From an uncultured Anaeroplasmataceae bacterium (GTDB taxonomy: Bacteria; Bacillota_I; Bacilli_A; Acholeplasmatales; Anaeroplasmataceae), in contig CAJTTN010000006.1 of the NCBI GenBank assembly GCA_910579215.1, forward strand, positions 57,376 to 121,375: a DNA stretch of 64,000 nucleotides, written 5' to 3'. This document shows positions 30,018 to 37,866 of this stretch, piece by piece (within the stretch, counting starts at the first letter, position 1; each line of letters starts with the position of its first letter). Below the pieces are notes generated by a model. That model saw nothing but the letters and a program-made list of their open reading frames with translations, had not been told where the DNA came from and did no database searches. A program made the translations under genes and the position numbers.

Positions 30018-30722
30018 ATGGATTTTGTAAAAGAAATAGAAGCATTAGGTATGACGATAACTAAAGAAAATTTAGAAAAATTTTCTATTTATTATGAAAC
30101 TTTAATTCAAGTAAATCAGGTTATGAATTTAACAGCTATTACGGAAAAGGATGAGGTATATCGTAAGCATTTTTTAGATTCCTTAGAAATTAAAAGAGTT
30201 TTACCAACCACTCCCTATTCCTTATGCGATGTTGGAAGTGGTGCTGGCTTTCCCTCAGTACCTTTAGCTATTTTAGATTCTAATATAAAAGTTACAATTA
30301 TTGATGCCTTAAATAAAAGAATTCAATTTTTAAATACATTAACTGAAAAATTAGATTTGGCGCATGTTTGTGCTATACATGCGCGAGCAGAGGATTACGT
30401 AAAAGAGAAAAGAGAAGCCTTTGATGTTGTTACTGCTCGGGCAGTTGCACGTCTTTCTATATTAGCTGAATTATGTCTTCCATTAACTAAGGTTGGTGGA
30501 CTATTTATAGCTATGAAGGGCTCTTCTGGAGAAGAAGAAATGAAAGAAGCTAACAGAGCTATTGAGCTACTAGGAGGAAGAGTAAAGGAAATAGTTTCCT
30601 TTACGTTACCTGATGAAGAAGAGATGCGTCAACTCATTGTAATAGAAAAGATTAAAGCAACACCACTTAAATATCCTAGAAGTTATGGAAAAATTAAGGA
30701 GAAACCATTATGTACGCTTTAA
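30018..30722 (+). CDS. rsmG: 16S rRNA (guanine527-N7)-methyltransferase RsmG (GidB)
   Basis: SAM-binding motif CDVGSGAGFP; directly follows mnmG. Confidence 0.85.
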   Translation: MDFVKEIEALGMTITKENLEKFSIYYETLIQVNQVMNLTAITEKDEVYRKHFLDSLEIKRVLPTTPYSLCDVGSGAGFPSVPLAILDSNIKVTIIDALNKRIQFLNTLTEKLDLAHVCAIHARAEDYVKEKREAFDVVTARAVARLSILAELCLPLTKVGGLFIAMKGSSGEEEMKEANRAIELLGGRVKEIVSFTLPDEEEMRQLIVIEKIKATPLKYPRSYGKIKEKPLCTL

Positions 30723-30874
30723 ATGATATTATTAAGACAAGGAAGCCTCATGTCTGTGGGTGTAATAGCTGGAGAGTTCTACGTATTGGTGCTGATATAA
30801 AGCTAGAATGCTGTGAATGTAAAAGGGTGATTATGCTTGCCTCTTATGAGCTAGATAAAAGGATAAAAAAGTAA
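30710..30874 (+). CDS. Small 54-aa zinc-ribbon-like protein (DUF951-like), not present in the ORF track
   Basis: MYALNDIIKTRKPHVCGCNSWRVLRIGADIKLECCECKRVIMLASYELDKRIKK; overlaps the rsmG stop; Cys pairs CGC/CCEC. Confidence 0.4.
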   Translation: MYALNDIIKTRKPHVCGCNSWRVLRIGADIKLECCECKRVIMLASYELDKRIKK

Positions 30875-30893
30875 AGGTGTCAAGAAAAAATAC

Positions 30894-30921
30894 TTGACAC
30901 CATTTTATTTTATGTTATAAT
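30894..30921 (+). promoter_or_regulatory. Sigma-A promoter for rpsP (ttgaca-16-tgttataat, extended -10)
   Basis: -35 ttgaca at 30894-30899; extended -10 TGtTATAAT at 30913-30921. Confidence 0.5.
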
Positions 30922-30958
30922 ATATAACGTATATTGAAAAAGAAGGAGTGTAATTATC

Positions 30959-31207
30959 ATGGTAAAAATTAGATTACAAAGATTTGGTGCACATAAGGCT
31001 CCTAAATATCGTATTGTTGCTGCTGATTCCAGATCACCTCGTGATGGTAAATTCCTAGAAATTTTAGGAACTTATAATCCATTAACTGAACCTGCAACAA
31101 TCACATTGGATGCTGAAAAGGTAACTAAATGGTTAGCAAATGGTGCACAACCAACAGTCACTGTAAAAAATATATTAGAAGCAAACAATATCAAGACTAC
31201 TAAGTAA
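30959..31207 (+). CDS. rpsP: 30S ribosomal protein S16
   Basis: [32 protein letters not shown]. Confidence 0.9.
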   Translation: MVKIRLQRFGAHKAPKYRIVAADSRSPRDGKFLEILGTYNPLTEPATITLDAEKVTKWLANGAQPTVTVKNILEANNIKTTK

Positions 31208-31217
31208 GAGGTGGGCG

Positions 31218-31463
31218 ATGATAAAGTTTGAAGAGTTAATTAAGAATTTAATTCTTCCTTTGGTAGCTTATCCTGAAGATGTTGAAATTATTAAGGTGAA
31301 AGATGAAGCAGAAGATCTTGAATTTCAGGTGAAGATTAACCCTAATGATTTTGGTAGAGTTATTGGTAAGGATGGCTATATAGCAAGAGCAATTCGTACA
31401 ATTCTTTATGCAGGCGCTTCAAAAGAAGGAAAAAGAATTCACTTAGATATTAATAGTAAATAA
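31218..31463 (+). CDS. KH-domain RNA-binding protein (YlqC-like)
   Basis: 81 aa; GxxG KH motif VIGKDGYIARAIR; conserved position after rpsP. Confidence 0.75.
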   Translation: MIKFEELIKNLILPLVAYPEDVEIIKVKDEAEDLEFQVKINPNDFGRVIGKDGYIARAIRTILYAGASKEGKRIHLDINSK

Positions 31464-31494
31464 AAATAGGTATATATTTTTAAGAAGATTAGGT

Positions 31495-31529
31495 TCACTT
31501 TGGATAAAGTGGGCTTTTTCTTTTTTTTA
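31495..31529 (+). terminator. Rho-independent terminator after the rpsP–KH operon
   Basis: cacttt-ggat-aaagtg hairpin plus T-rich tail. Confidence 0.45.
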
Positions 31530-31560
31530 CTAATTATTGCTAAAATAAGAAAGGTCAAAA

Positions 31561-31590
31561 AAATCTTTATAAATCTTTATAAATTTTTAT
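31561..31590. repeat. Direct decamer repeats (aaatctttat x2, then aaatttttat) in the promoter region of the following operon
   Basis: Seen directly; precede a tatataat -10-like element. Confidence 0.5.
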
Positions 31591-31650
31591 GAATTTTGTT
31601 GAATTTTTATTAATTATCGTATATAATACCATTATAAGGAGGTAAATAAT

Positions 31651-32028
31651 ATGCTAGAATTTTTCGAATATGATGATTCTAACGGTTATGCAAGTGTTTA
31701 TGATAGTCATATTACCCTTAATAAAACACTTCTAAAATATCTTAAGGATGCATATCGTGTTAGAGTAGCAGTAGATAAGGTTAAGGATAATATTCATATT
31801 TATGTGATCAATAAGGATTATGCATTAAGTGGTGAATTAAAGGAATCCTCTTTATTACCTGTTTCTATTTCTAAATCCTATGCAAGAATCTGTTCTAGAC
31901 CATTAATAGAGTATATTTCTAATGTTTTTGGCCTAACGATTGCTAAAAAAGAATTTAAAAGATTTAAGGCGTGTTATGATGATGTAAAACAGGTTATACT
32001 AATAGATATGAAAGGAGAGGTATCCTAA
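31651..32028 (+). CDS. Hypothetical 125-aa protein, first gene of the NfeD–SPFH operon
   Basis: ORF with RBS aggaggtaaataat; no recognised motif. Confidence 0.45.
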   Translation: MLEFFEYDDSNGYASVYDSHITLNKTLLKYLKDAYRVRVAVDKVKDNIHIYVINKDYALSGELKESSLLPVSISKSYARICSRPLIEYISNVFGLTIAKKEFKRFKACYDDVKQVILIDMKGEVS

Positions 32029-32471
32029 TGGAAGCTTATATGGTTTGGATTTGGCTGAGTGCCTTTATTATCACTCTTGTTATAGAATCCATAACACAGG
32101 ATTTAGTAGCAGTGTGGTTTTCTCTAGGTTCAATTATTGCTTTAATATTATCAGCCTTTCCAGCAATTGATTGGTATATTGAGGTCGTTGTTTTTGCTGT
32201 GGTTTCTTTCTTGTCTTTAGGCTTGACTAGACCATTTGCTAAAAAATTATTATTTAATGCTACTAGATATACTAATGTTGATGAATTTGTAGGGAAAAGG
32301 GTAAAGGTTATTTCTGACATTTCAAAGTATGAGAATGGAGAAGTAAAAATTCATGATATTATTTATAATGCAAGTCTAATGGAGGAAGAGACGGAAACCA
32401 TTCATAAGGATGAAATTGTAGAAATTGTGACCTTGAAGGGGAACAAAGTAGTAGTAAGAAAAATTCAGTAA
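32028..32471 (+). CDS. NfeD-family membrane protein (short YuaF-like form)
   Basis: N-terminal TM helices plus C-terminal OB-fold-like soluble domain; upstream of an SPFH gene, as is typical. Confidence 0.6.
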   Translation: MEAYMVWIWLSAFIITLVIESITQDLVAVWFSLGSIIALILSAFPAIDWYIEVVVFAVVSFLSLGLTRPFAKKLLFNATRYTNVDEFVGKRVKVISDISKYENGEVKIHDIIYNASLMEEETETIHKDEIVEIVTLKGNKVVVRKIQ

Positions 32472-32492
32472 AGGAAAGGAATAGTTTAATAT

Positions 32493-33434
32493 ATGAATAC
32501 AGGAATTATTGTTGCTATTGTATGTAGTGTAATTTTAGTTGTTATTGTTATTTTATTGATTACGAGAATAAAAATTGTTCGTCAAACACAGAAGTTGATT
32601 GTTGAGCGTTTAGGGGCCTATCACGCTACGTGGTCTGTAGGATTTCATTTCTTGGTACCATTTATTGATCGTGTAGCTCAGGTAGTATCTATGAAGGAGC
32701 AGGTTAACGATTTTGATCCACAGCCTGTGATTACAAAAGATAATGTTACTATGCAAATTGATACCGTGGTTTTCTTTCAGGTTACAGATCCAAAGCTATA
32801 TTCCTATGGTGTAGAAAATCCAATTGCCGCTTTAGAAAACTTATCTTCTACAACTTTACGTAATATTATTGGTGAATTAGATTTGGATGAAACTTTAACT
32901 TCACGAGATATTATAAATACAAAGATGAGATCTATTCTAGATGAAGCAACAGATCCTTGGGGTATTAAGGTTAATCGTGTAGAGGTTAAAAATATTTTAC
33001 CACCAAAGGATATTCGAGATGCTATGGAGCGTCAAATGCGTGCTGAGCGTGAACGTCGTGAGAAAATTTTGCTTGCAGAAGGTGAAAAAAGAAGTCAAAT
33101 ACTTCAAGCAGAGGGAGAAAAAGAATCTCAAATCTTAAGAGCAGAGGCAGAAAAGGAAGCCACAATTAAAAAGGCAGAAGCAGAGGCAGCTGCAATTCTT
33201 AAGGTAAGAACAGCAGAGGCTGAAGGTGTTAGACTTACTCGTCAGGCACAAGCAGAAGGATATAGAATGCTAGTAGATGCAGGCTTAACAAAAGAGGTTT
33301 TAGCAATTAAATCCTTTGAAGCTCTAGAGAAGGTTGCTGATGGGCAGTCTACTAAACTAATCATTCCATCTGATATGCAAAATTTAGCTGCTACTATTGC
33401 AAGTTTAGCAGAGGTTGTTAAGGATAAGAAATAA
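32493..33434 (+). CDS. SPFH/band-7 (stomatin/flotillin-like, FloA-type) protein
   Basis: N-terminal TM then SPFH core; EA-rich coiled coil; 313 aa. Confidence 0.75.
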   Translation: MNTGIIVAIVCSVILVVIVILLITRIKIVRQTQKLIVERLGAYHATWSVGFHFLVPFIDRVAQVVSMKEQVNDFDPQPVITKDNVTMQIDTVVFFQVTDPKLYSYGVENPIAALENLSSTTLRNIIGELDLDETLTSRDIINTKMRSILDEATDPWGIKVNRVEVKNILPPKDIRDAMERQMRAERERREKILLAEGEKRSQILQAEGEKESQILRAEAEKEATIKKAEAEAAAILKVRTAEAEGVRLTRQAQAEGYRMLVDAGLTKEVLAIKSFEALEKVADGQSTKLIIPSDMQNLAATIASLAEVVKDKK

Positions 33435-33442
33435 GAAATCAA

Positions 33443-33476
33443 ATGATGCCAAGTGTAAAACCTGGCATTTTTTTGT
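33443..33476 (+). terminator. Rho-independent terminator after the SPFH gene
   Basis: gccaag...ctggc hairpin plus T7. Confidence 0.4.
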
Positions 33477-33512
33477 CTTTAAAAACTTGTATTATTTATT
33501 TTTGACAAAAAA

Positions 33513-33527
33513 TGGTAAAATTTACCA
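33513..33527. promoter_or_regulatory. Perfect 15-bp palindrome TGGTAAAATTTACCA abutting an extended -10 (TGaTATAAT); operator-like site upstream of the ibrA-like gene
   Basis: tggtaaa / tttacca are exact reverse complements around a central a; the -10 lies at 33533-33541. Confidence 0.45.
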
Positions 33528-33569
33528 ATTTATGATATAATGAATAACATAAATCATAAGAGGTCAAAA

Positions 33570-34892
33570 ATGAAAAAGAAATATTTAGAACTAGATGTCT
33601 ATGAAAGCCTAATGAATAGATTAAAATTTATATTTGAAGAATTTGAAAATATTTTTGTTTCTTTTTCTGGTGGAAAGGATAGCGGACTTTTATTAAATTT
33701 AGTTTTAGATTATAAAAGAAAGTATTATCCAGAACGTGTAATAGGTGTTTTTCATCAGGATTTTGAAGCACAATATGACTATACAACTAAATATGTAGAA
33801 AGTACCTTTGAGCGAATAAAAAATGAGGCAGAGCTCTATTGGGTTTGTCTTCCAATGGCTACTAGAACGGCGCTAAGTAGCTATGAAATGTATTGGTATC
33901 CTTGGGATGATAGGCTTCAAGACATTTGGGTAAGACCTCTACCTCAGCATGAATATGTTATTTCATTAGAAAACAATCCTATTACGACTTATAAATATAA
34001 AATGCATCAAGAGGATTTGGCAAAGCAATTTGGAAGATGGTACCGCGCAGTGCATGGAGAAACGTCTACAATATGCTTATTAGGAATTCGTGCTGATGAA
34101 TCCCTACATCGTTACAGTGGATTTTTAAATAAAAAAAAGGGATATAAGCATAAATGCTATATCACACAGCAATTTAAAAATGTATGGTGTGCCTCTCCTT
34201 TATATGATTGGAGTGTTCAGGATGTTTGGCATGCAATAGCGATGCTAGGATATGATTATAATCCTTTGTATGATATTTTTTATCAGGTTGGACTTAAGCC
34301 CTCTATGATGAGAGTTGCCTCTCCATTTAATGATTATGCAAAGGACAGCCTGAATTATTATAGAGTTATTGAACCTGAGACCTGGACAAAGCTTTTAGGT
34401 CGTGTACAGGGTGTTAATTTTGCAGGTATTTATGGTAGAACTAAGGCCTTAGGGTATAGGAGTGTTACCTTACCTGAAGGACATACTTGGGAATCCTATA
34501 CAAAGTTTTTACTTGCCACCTTACCAACAAGAATTAGAAATGGATATTTGAAAAAATTTAAAACCTCTATCGATTTTTGGCATAATGTTGGTGGAGGCTT
34601 AGAAGAATCCACCATTCAAGAATTAGAGGAAAAAGGATATAATATTCAAAGAAATGGTGTTTCAAACTATACTATATTTAAAAATACTAGAATAATTTTT
34701 ATAGGTAAAATACCTGACCATACCGATGACATCAAATCCTCTCGTGATATACCTTCGTGGAAAAGAATGTGCTATTGTATTTTGAAAAATGATCATTTAT
34801 GTAGAAGTATGGGATTTGGTTTGACTAGAGATCAACAAAGAAATTTAGATGTTATAAAGCAAAAATATCTTGCTTTGGAGGAAATAGAATGA
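33570..34892 (+). CDS. PAPS-reductase-family (PP-loop ATP pyrophosphatase) protein with DUF3440-like C-terminal extension, IbrA-like
   Basis: PP-loop SFSGGKDSG; ~440 aa; RBS aagagg 6 nt before the ATG at 33570; stop overlaps the next gene (ATGA). Confidence 0.65.
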   Translation: MKKKYLELDVYESLMNRLKFIFEEFENIFVSFSGGKDSGLLLNLVLDYKRKYYPERVIGVFHQDFEAQYDYTTKYVESTFERIKNEAELYWVCLPMATRTALSSYEMYWYPWDDRLQDIWVRPLPQHEYVISLENNPITTYKYKMHQEDLAKQFGRWYRAVHGETSTICLLGIRADESLHRYSGFLNKKKGYKHKCYITQQFKNVWCASPLYDWSVQDVWHAIAMLGYDYNPLYDIFYQVGLKPSMMRVASPFNDYAKDSLNYYRVIEPETWTKLLGRVQGVNFAGIYGRTKALGYRSVTLPEGHTWESYTKFLLATLPTRIRNGYLKKFKTSIDFWHNVGGGLEESTIQELEEKGYNIQRNGVSNYTIFKNTRIIFIGKIPDHTDDIKSSRDIPSWKRMCYCILKNDHLCRSMGFGLTRDQQRNLDVIKQKYLALEEIE

Positions 34893-35455
34893 GTTCAAAA
34901 AGTCCAGTTTATAAAATTAAGGCAGTTCCAATAGAGAAAATTAATCCTAATTCCTATAATCCTAATTCTGTGGCACCACCAGAAATGAGATTACTTTATG
35001 ATAGTATCAAAGAGGATGGGTATACGATGCCTATCGTTTGTTACTATAATCCAGAGGATGATACATATATCATAGTCGATGGATTTCATAGATATAGAGT
35101 TATGCTTGATTATAAGGATATTTATGAGCGAGAGGGAGGCTGTCTTCCTGTAACTGTAATAGATAAGCCCTTAGATAAACGTATGGCTAGTACAATTCGA
35201 CATAATCGTGCAAGAGGCTCTCATAATGTTGATTTGATGAGTAATATAGTTAGTGAATTGCATGAATTGGGAAGATCTGATGCTTGGATATGTAAGCATT
35301 TAGGTATGCAAAAAGATGAGGTTTTAAGACTAAAACAAATTACAGGATTAGCATCTTTATTTAAGGATATAGACTTTAGTAAGGGCTGGATTCCAGAAGA
35401 TGATTTTGAAACGGAATTTAAGCAATTGGAAGCAGCGTATGTAAATAGAAAATAG
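34889..35455 (+). CDS. ParB/Srx-like nuclease-domain protein, IbrB-like
   Basis: ParB N-terminal-domain motifs (PIEKINPNSYNPNSV; IVDGFHRYRV; HNRARGSH); translationally coupled to the upstream PAPS-reductase-like gene. Confidence 0.65.
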   Translation: MSSKSPVYKIKAVPIEKINPNSYNPNSVAPPEMRLLYDSIKEDGYTMPIVCYYNPEDDTYIIVDGFHRYRVMLDYKDIYEREGGCLPVTVIDKPLDKRMASTIRHNRARGSHNVDLMSNIVSELHELGRSDAWICKHLGMQKDEVLRLKQITGLASLFKDIDFSKGWIPEDDFETEFKQLEAAYVNRK

Positions 35456-35584
35456 TTTATTTCTTAAATTAAATTTTAATAAGGTTATCTATAGTGAACC
35501 CAATTATTTTTATCTTAAGGAATTAAGAGAAGATAATTGTGATTTTATAATGTAGGGAACAATAGAAAATAAAGCTAATAAAAA

Positions 35585-35607
35585 CAAAAAAAGCCAATCA
35601 TCTGGCT
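35585..35607 (-). terminator. Terminator of the tRNA-Asp/tRNA-Arg transcription unit
   Basis: agcca-gatgat-tggct hairpin followed by a T-run on the minus strand. Confidence 0.4.
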
Positions 35608-35618
35608 ATTATTAACTA

Positions 35619-35694
35619 TGGCGCACCCTAGAGGATTCGAACCCCTAACCTTTTGATCCGTAGTCAAACGATCTATCCAATTGATCTAAGGGTG
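35619..35694 (-). tRNA. tRNA-Arg (anticodon ACG)
   Basis: Reverse complement gives GCACCCTTAGATCAATTGGATAGATCG-TTTGA-CTACGGA-TCAAA...GGGTGCGCCA; cloverleaf folds with ACG in the anticodon loop; encoded CCA. Confidence 0.8.
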
Positions 35695-35709
35695 CATATG
35701 ATTTATTTT

Positions 35710-35785
35710 TGGCGGTTCGGACGGGACTTGAACCCGCGATCTCCAGTGTGACAGACTAGCATGTTAACCACTACACCACCGAACC
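35710..35785 (-). tRNA. tRNA-Asp (anticodon GTC)
   Basis: Reverse complement GGTTCGGTGGTGTAGTGGTTAACATGCTAGTCTGTCACACTGGAGATCGCGGGTTCAAGTCCCGTCCGAACCGCCA; anticodon loop CTGTCAC. Confidence 0.85.
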
Positions 35786-35894
35786 ATATCTGTAACGCTT
35801 GATTATTATATCACAAATATAGACAGAAAAACAAGTACTTTTTTTCTTTTTTTAAAAAGCGTATAATTAGAATCATAGGAAAAGAGGGATATTT

Positions 35895-36932
35895 ATGGAT
35901 ATGAATTATATTAGAGATATTGCTATGCAGTTGTTTCTTTGTGATTCTCCAACAGGATATAGTAAAGAGATTAATTTACTTTTACTAAAATTTCTTAATG
36001 AGCTTGGCTATCAAGCAGAATTAACTAATAAAGGAAATGTTAAACTATTCATAGAAGGAAGGAGTCATGAAAAGCGAATTGCCACTAGTGCTCATGTAGA
36101 TACCTTAGGTTTAATGGTACGTTCTATAAATGGAGATGGGACTCTAGCTATTACTAATGTTGGAGGACCTAGTATTCCAACATTAGATGGAGAATATTGT
36201 AAAATAGTAACCAGAGAAGGAAAAGTATTTACAGGAACAATTTTATGTAATAGTTCCTCTGTGCATGTGTATGAGGATGCAAAAAATAAGCCTAGAACGT
36301 TAGATTCTATGTTTATTAGAATAGATGAAAAAGTGCATTCTAAAGAGGATGTTAAAATTCTTGGAATTGAGCATGGAGATTATGTATGTATAGATCCTAA
36401 AATAGTTTTTACAGAGCAAGGCTTTTTAAAAAGTCGTTTTATTGATGATAAGGGAAGTGTATGTGCTATTTTAGGTGTATTAAAGGAACTTAAGGATAAG
36501 AGTATTTTACCTACCTATGATACCTATGTTTATTTTGTTAACCAAGAAGAAGTTGGACATGGGGCAGCAGCTGTTGATATAAGCATTGATGAATTTGTTA
36601 CAGTTGACATGGGATGTATTGGTAAGGATTTAGCCGGAAATGAATTTAATGTATCTATTTGTGCAAAGGATTCAGGAGGTCCCTATAGCTATGAATTAAC
36701 CTCAAAATTGATAAGCCTAGCTAAGGAGAATCATATTGGGTATGTAGTGGATATTTTTCCTTTCTACGGCTCTGATATTGGAGCTGCATGGAGAAGTGGA
36801 GTAGATTGTGCAGGCGCATTAATTGGACCTGGTGTGCATGCTAGTCATGGAATGGAACGTACACATTTAGATGCTATTGAAAATACAATGAAACTATTAT
36901 TTTTATATTTAACTACAAAAGGAGAAGCGTAA
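35895..36932 (+). CDS. M42-family metallopeptidase (glutamyl aminopeptidase/FrvX-like)
   Basis: AHVDTLGLMV metal-binding motif; ~345 aa. Confidence 0.6.
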   Translation: MDMNYIRDIAMQLFLCDSPTGYSKEINLLLLKFLNELGYQAELTNKGNVKLFIEGRSHEKRIATSAHVDTLGLMVRSINGDGTLAITNVGGPSIPTLDGEYCKIVTREGKVFTGTILCNSSSVHVYEDAKNKPRTLDSMFIRIDEKVHSKEDVKILGIEHGDYVCIDPKIVFTEQGFLKSRFIDDKGSVCAILGVLKELKDKSILPTYDTYVYFVNQEEVGHGAAAVDISIDEFVTVDMGCIGKDLAGNEFNVSICAKDSGGPYSYELTSKLISLAKENHIGYVVDIFPFYGSDIGAAWRSGVDCAGALIGPGVHASHGMERTHLDAIENTMKLLFLYLTTKGEA

Positions 36933-37756
36933 TGAAACGAGTATTAACAATTCAAGATATTTCTTGTGTGGGACAATGTTCCTTAACAGTTGCCCTTCCT
37001 ATCATTTCATCCTTTGGTATTGAAACTGCGGTAATTCCTACGGCAGTTCTATCAACACATACTGCCTTTACAGGGTTCACGTTTGCTGATTTAACAGAAG
37101 AACTACCAAAGATAGAAAAGCATTGGGAAAAGGAAAAGATAAAATTTGATGGCTTTTATACGGGCTATATTGGTTCAATCCGACAAATTGAGTATATCAT
37201 TTCCATTATGAAACATTTAGGAAATGACAAAGCTTTAAAGGTTGTTGATCCATGCATGGCGGATCATGGAAAGCTTTATACTGGATTTTCTAAGGATTTT
37301 CCAAACTATATGCTTGCTCTATGCAAGGAGGCAGATGTCATTCTTCCTAACCTTACAGAACTATGCTTATTACTAGACCTACCTTACAAGGAATACTCAA
37401 AATTGGAGCTTGAGGGTATGGTAAAACAAATTAGTACTATCACAGGAGCCTCTGTCGTATTAACTGGAGTGAGCTTTAAGGAAGATGAATTAGGAGCAAT
37501 GACCTATGATAAAACAAAAGATGAATTAAGCTATTTTTTTACAGAACGAGTTCCAATGCTTTTTCATGGTACTGGGGATTGTTTTGCAAGTGCCTTTTTT
37601 GGAGCTGTACTCAAAGGGTACACCTTTGCAAAAGCGGCTGAAGTTGCTTGTACATTTACATATTTGTCTGTTAAAAATACTAGAGAGGATGCAAAGGAAC
37701 ATTGGTATGGTGTGCATTTTGAATCAGCTTTAGGCTATCTCAATAGTTTAACTTAA
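36932..37756 (+). CDS. Pyridoxal/pyridoxamine kinase (PdxK/PdxY ribokinase superfamily)
   Basis: N-terminus VLTIQDISCVGQCS; GTGD-type motif HGTGDCFASAF. Confidence 0.6.
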   Translation: MKRVLTIQDISCVGQCSLTVALPIISSFGIETAVIPTAVLSTHTAFTGFTFADLTEELPKIEKHWEKEKIKFDGFYTGYIGSIRQIEYIISIMKHLGNDKALKVVDPCMADHGKLYTGFSKDFPNYMLALCKEADVILPNLTELCLLLDLPYKEYSKLELEGMVKQISTITGASVVLTGVSFKEDELGAMTYDKTKDELSYFFTERVPMLFHGTGDCFASAFFGAVLKGYTFAKAAEVACTFTYLSVKNTREDAKEHWYGVHFESALGYLNSLT

Positions 37757-37866
37757 AATTATCGATTTTTATTGGGAAATTATTTATAATTTCCTTTTTT
37801 TATTGTATAATAGATTTAGCATTATAATTATATATAATTTTAAAAAAGGAAAAGAGGTTGATTTTT

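Noticed and set aside
35585-35890. Possible integrase or att site of a genomic island at the tRNA-Arg/tRNA-Asp pair
   Set aside because: No integrase ORF is present, and no direct repeat of a tRNA 3' end is visible nearby. Island status of the adjacent ibrAB-like genes remains only a hypothesis.
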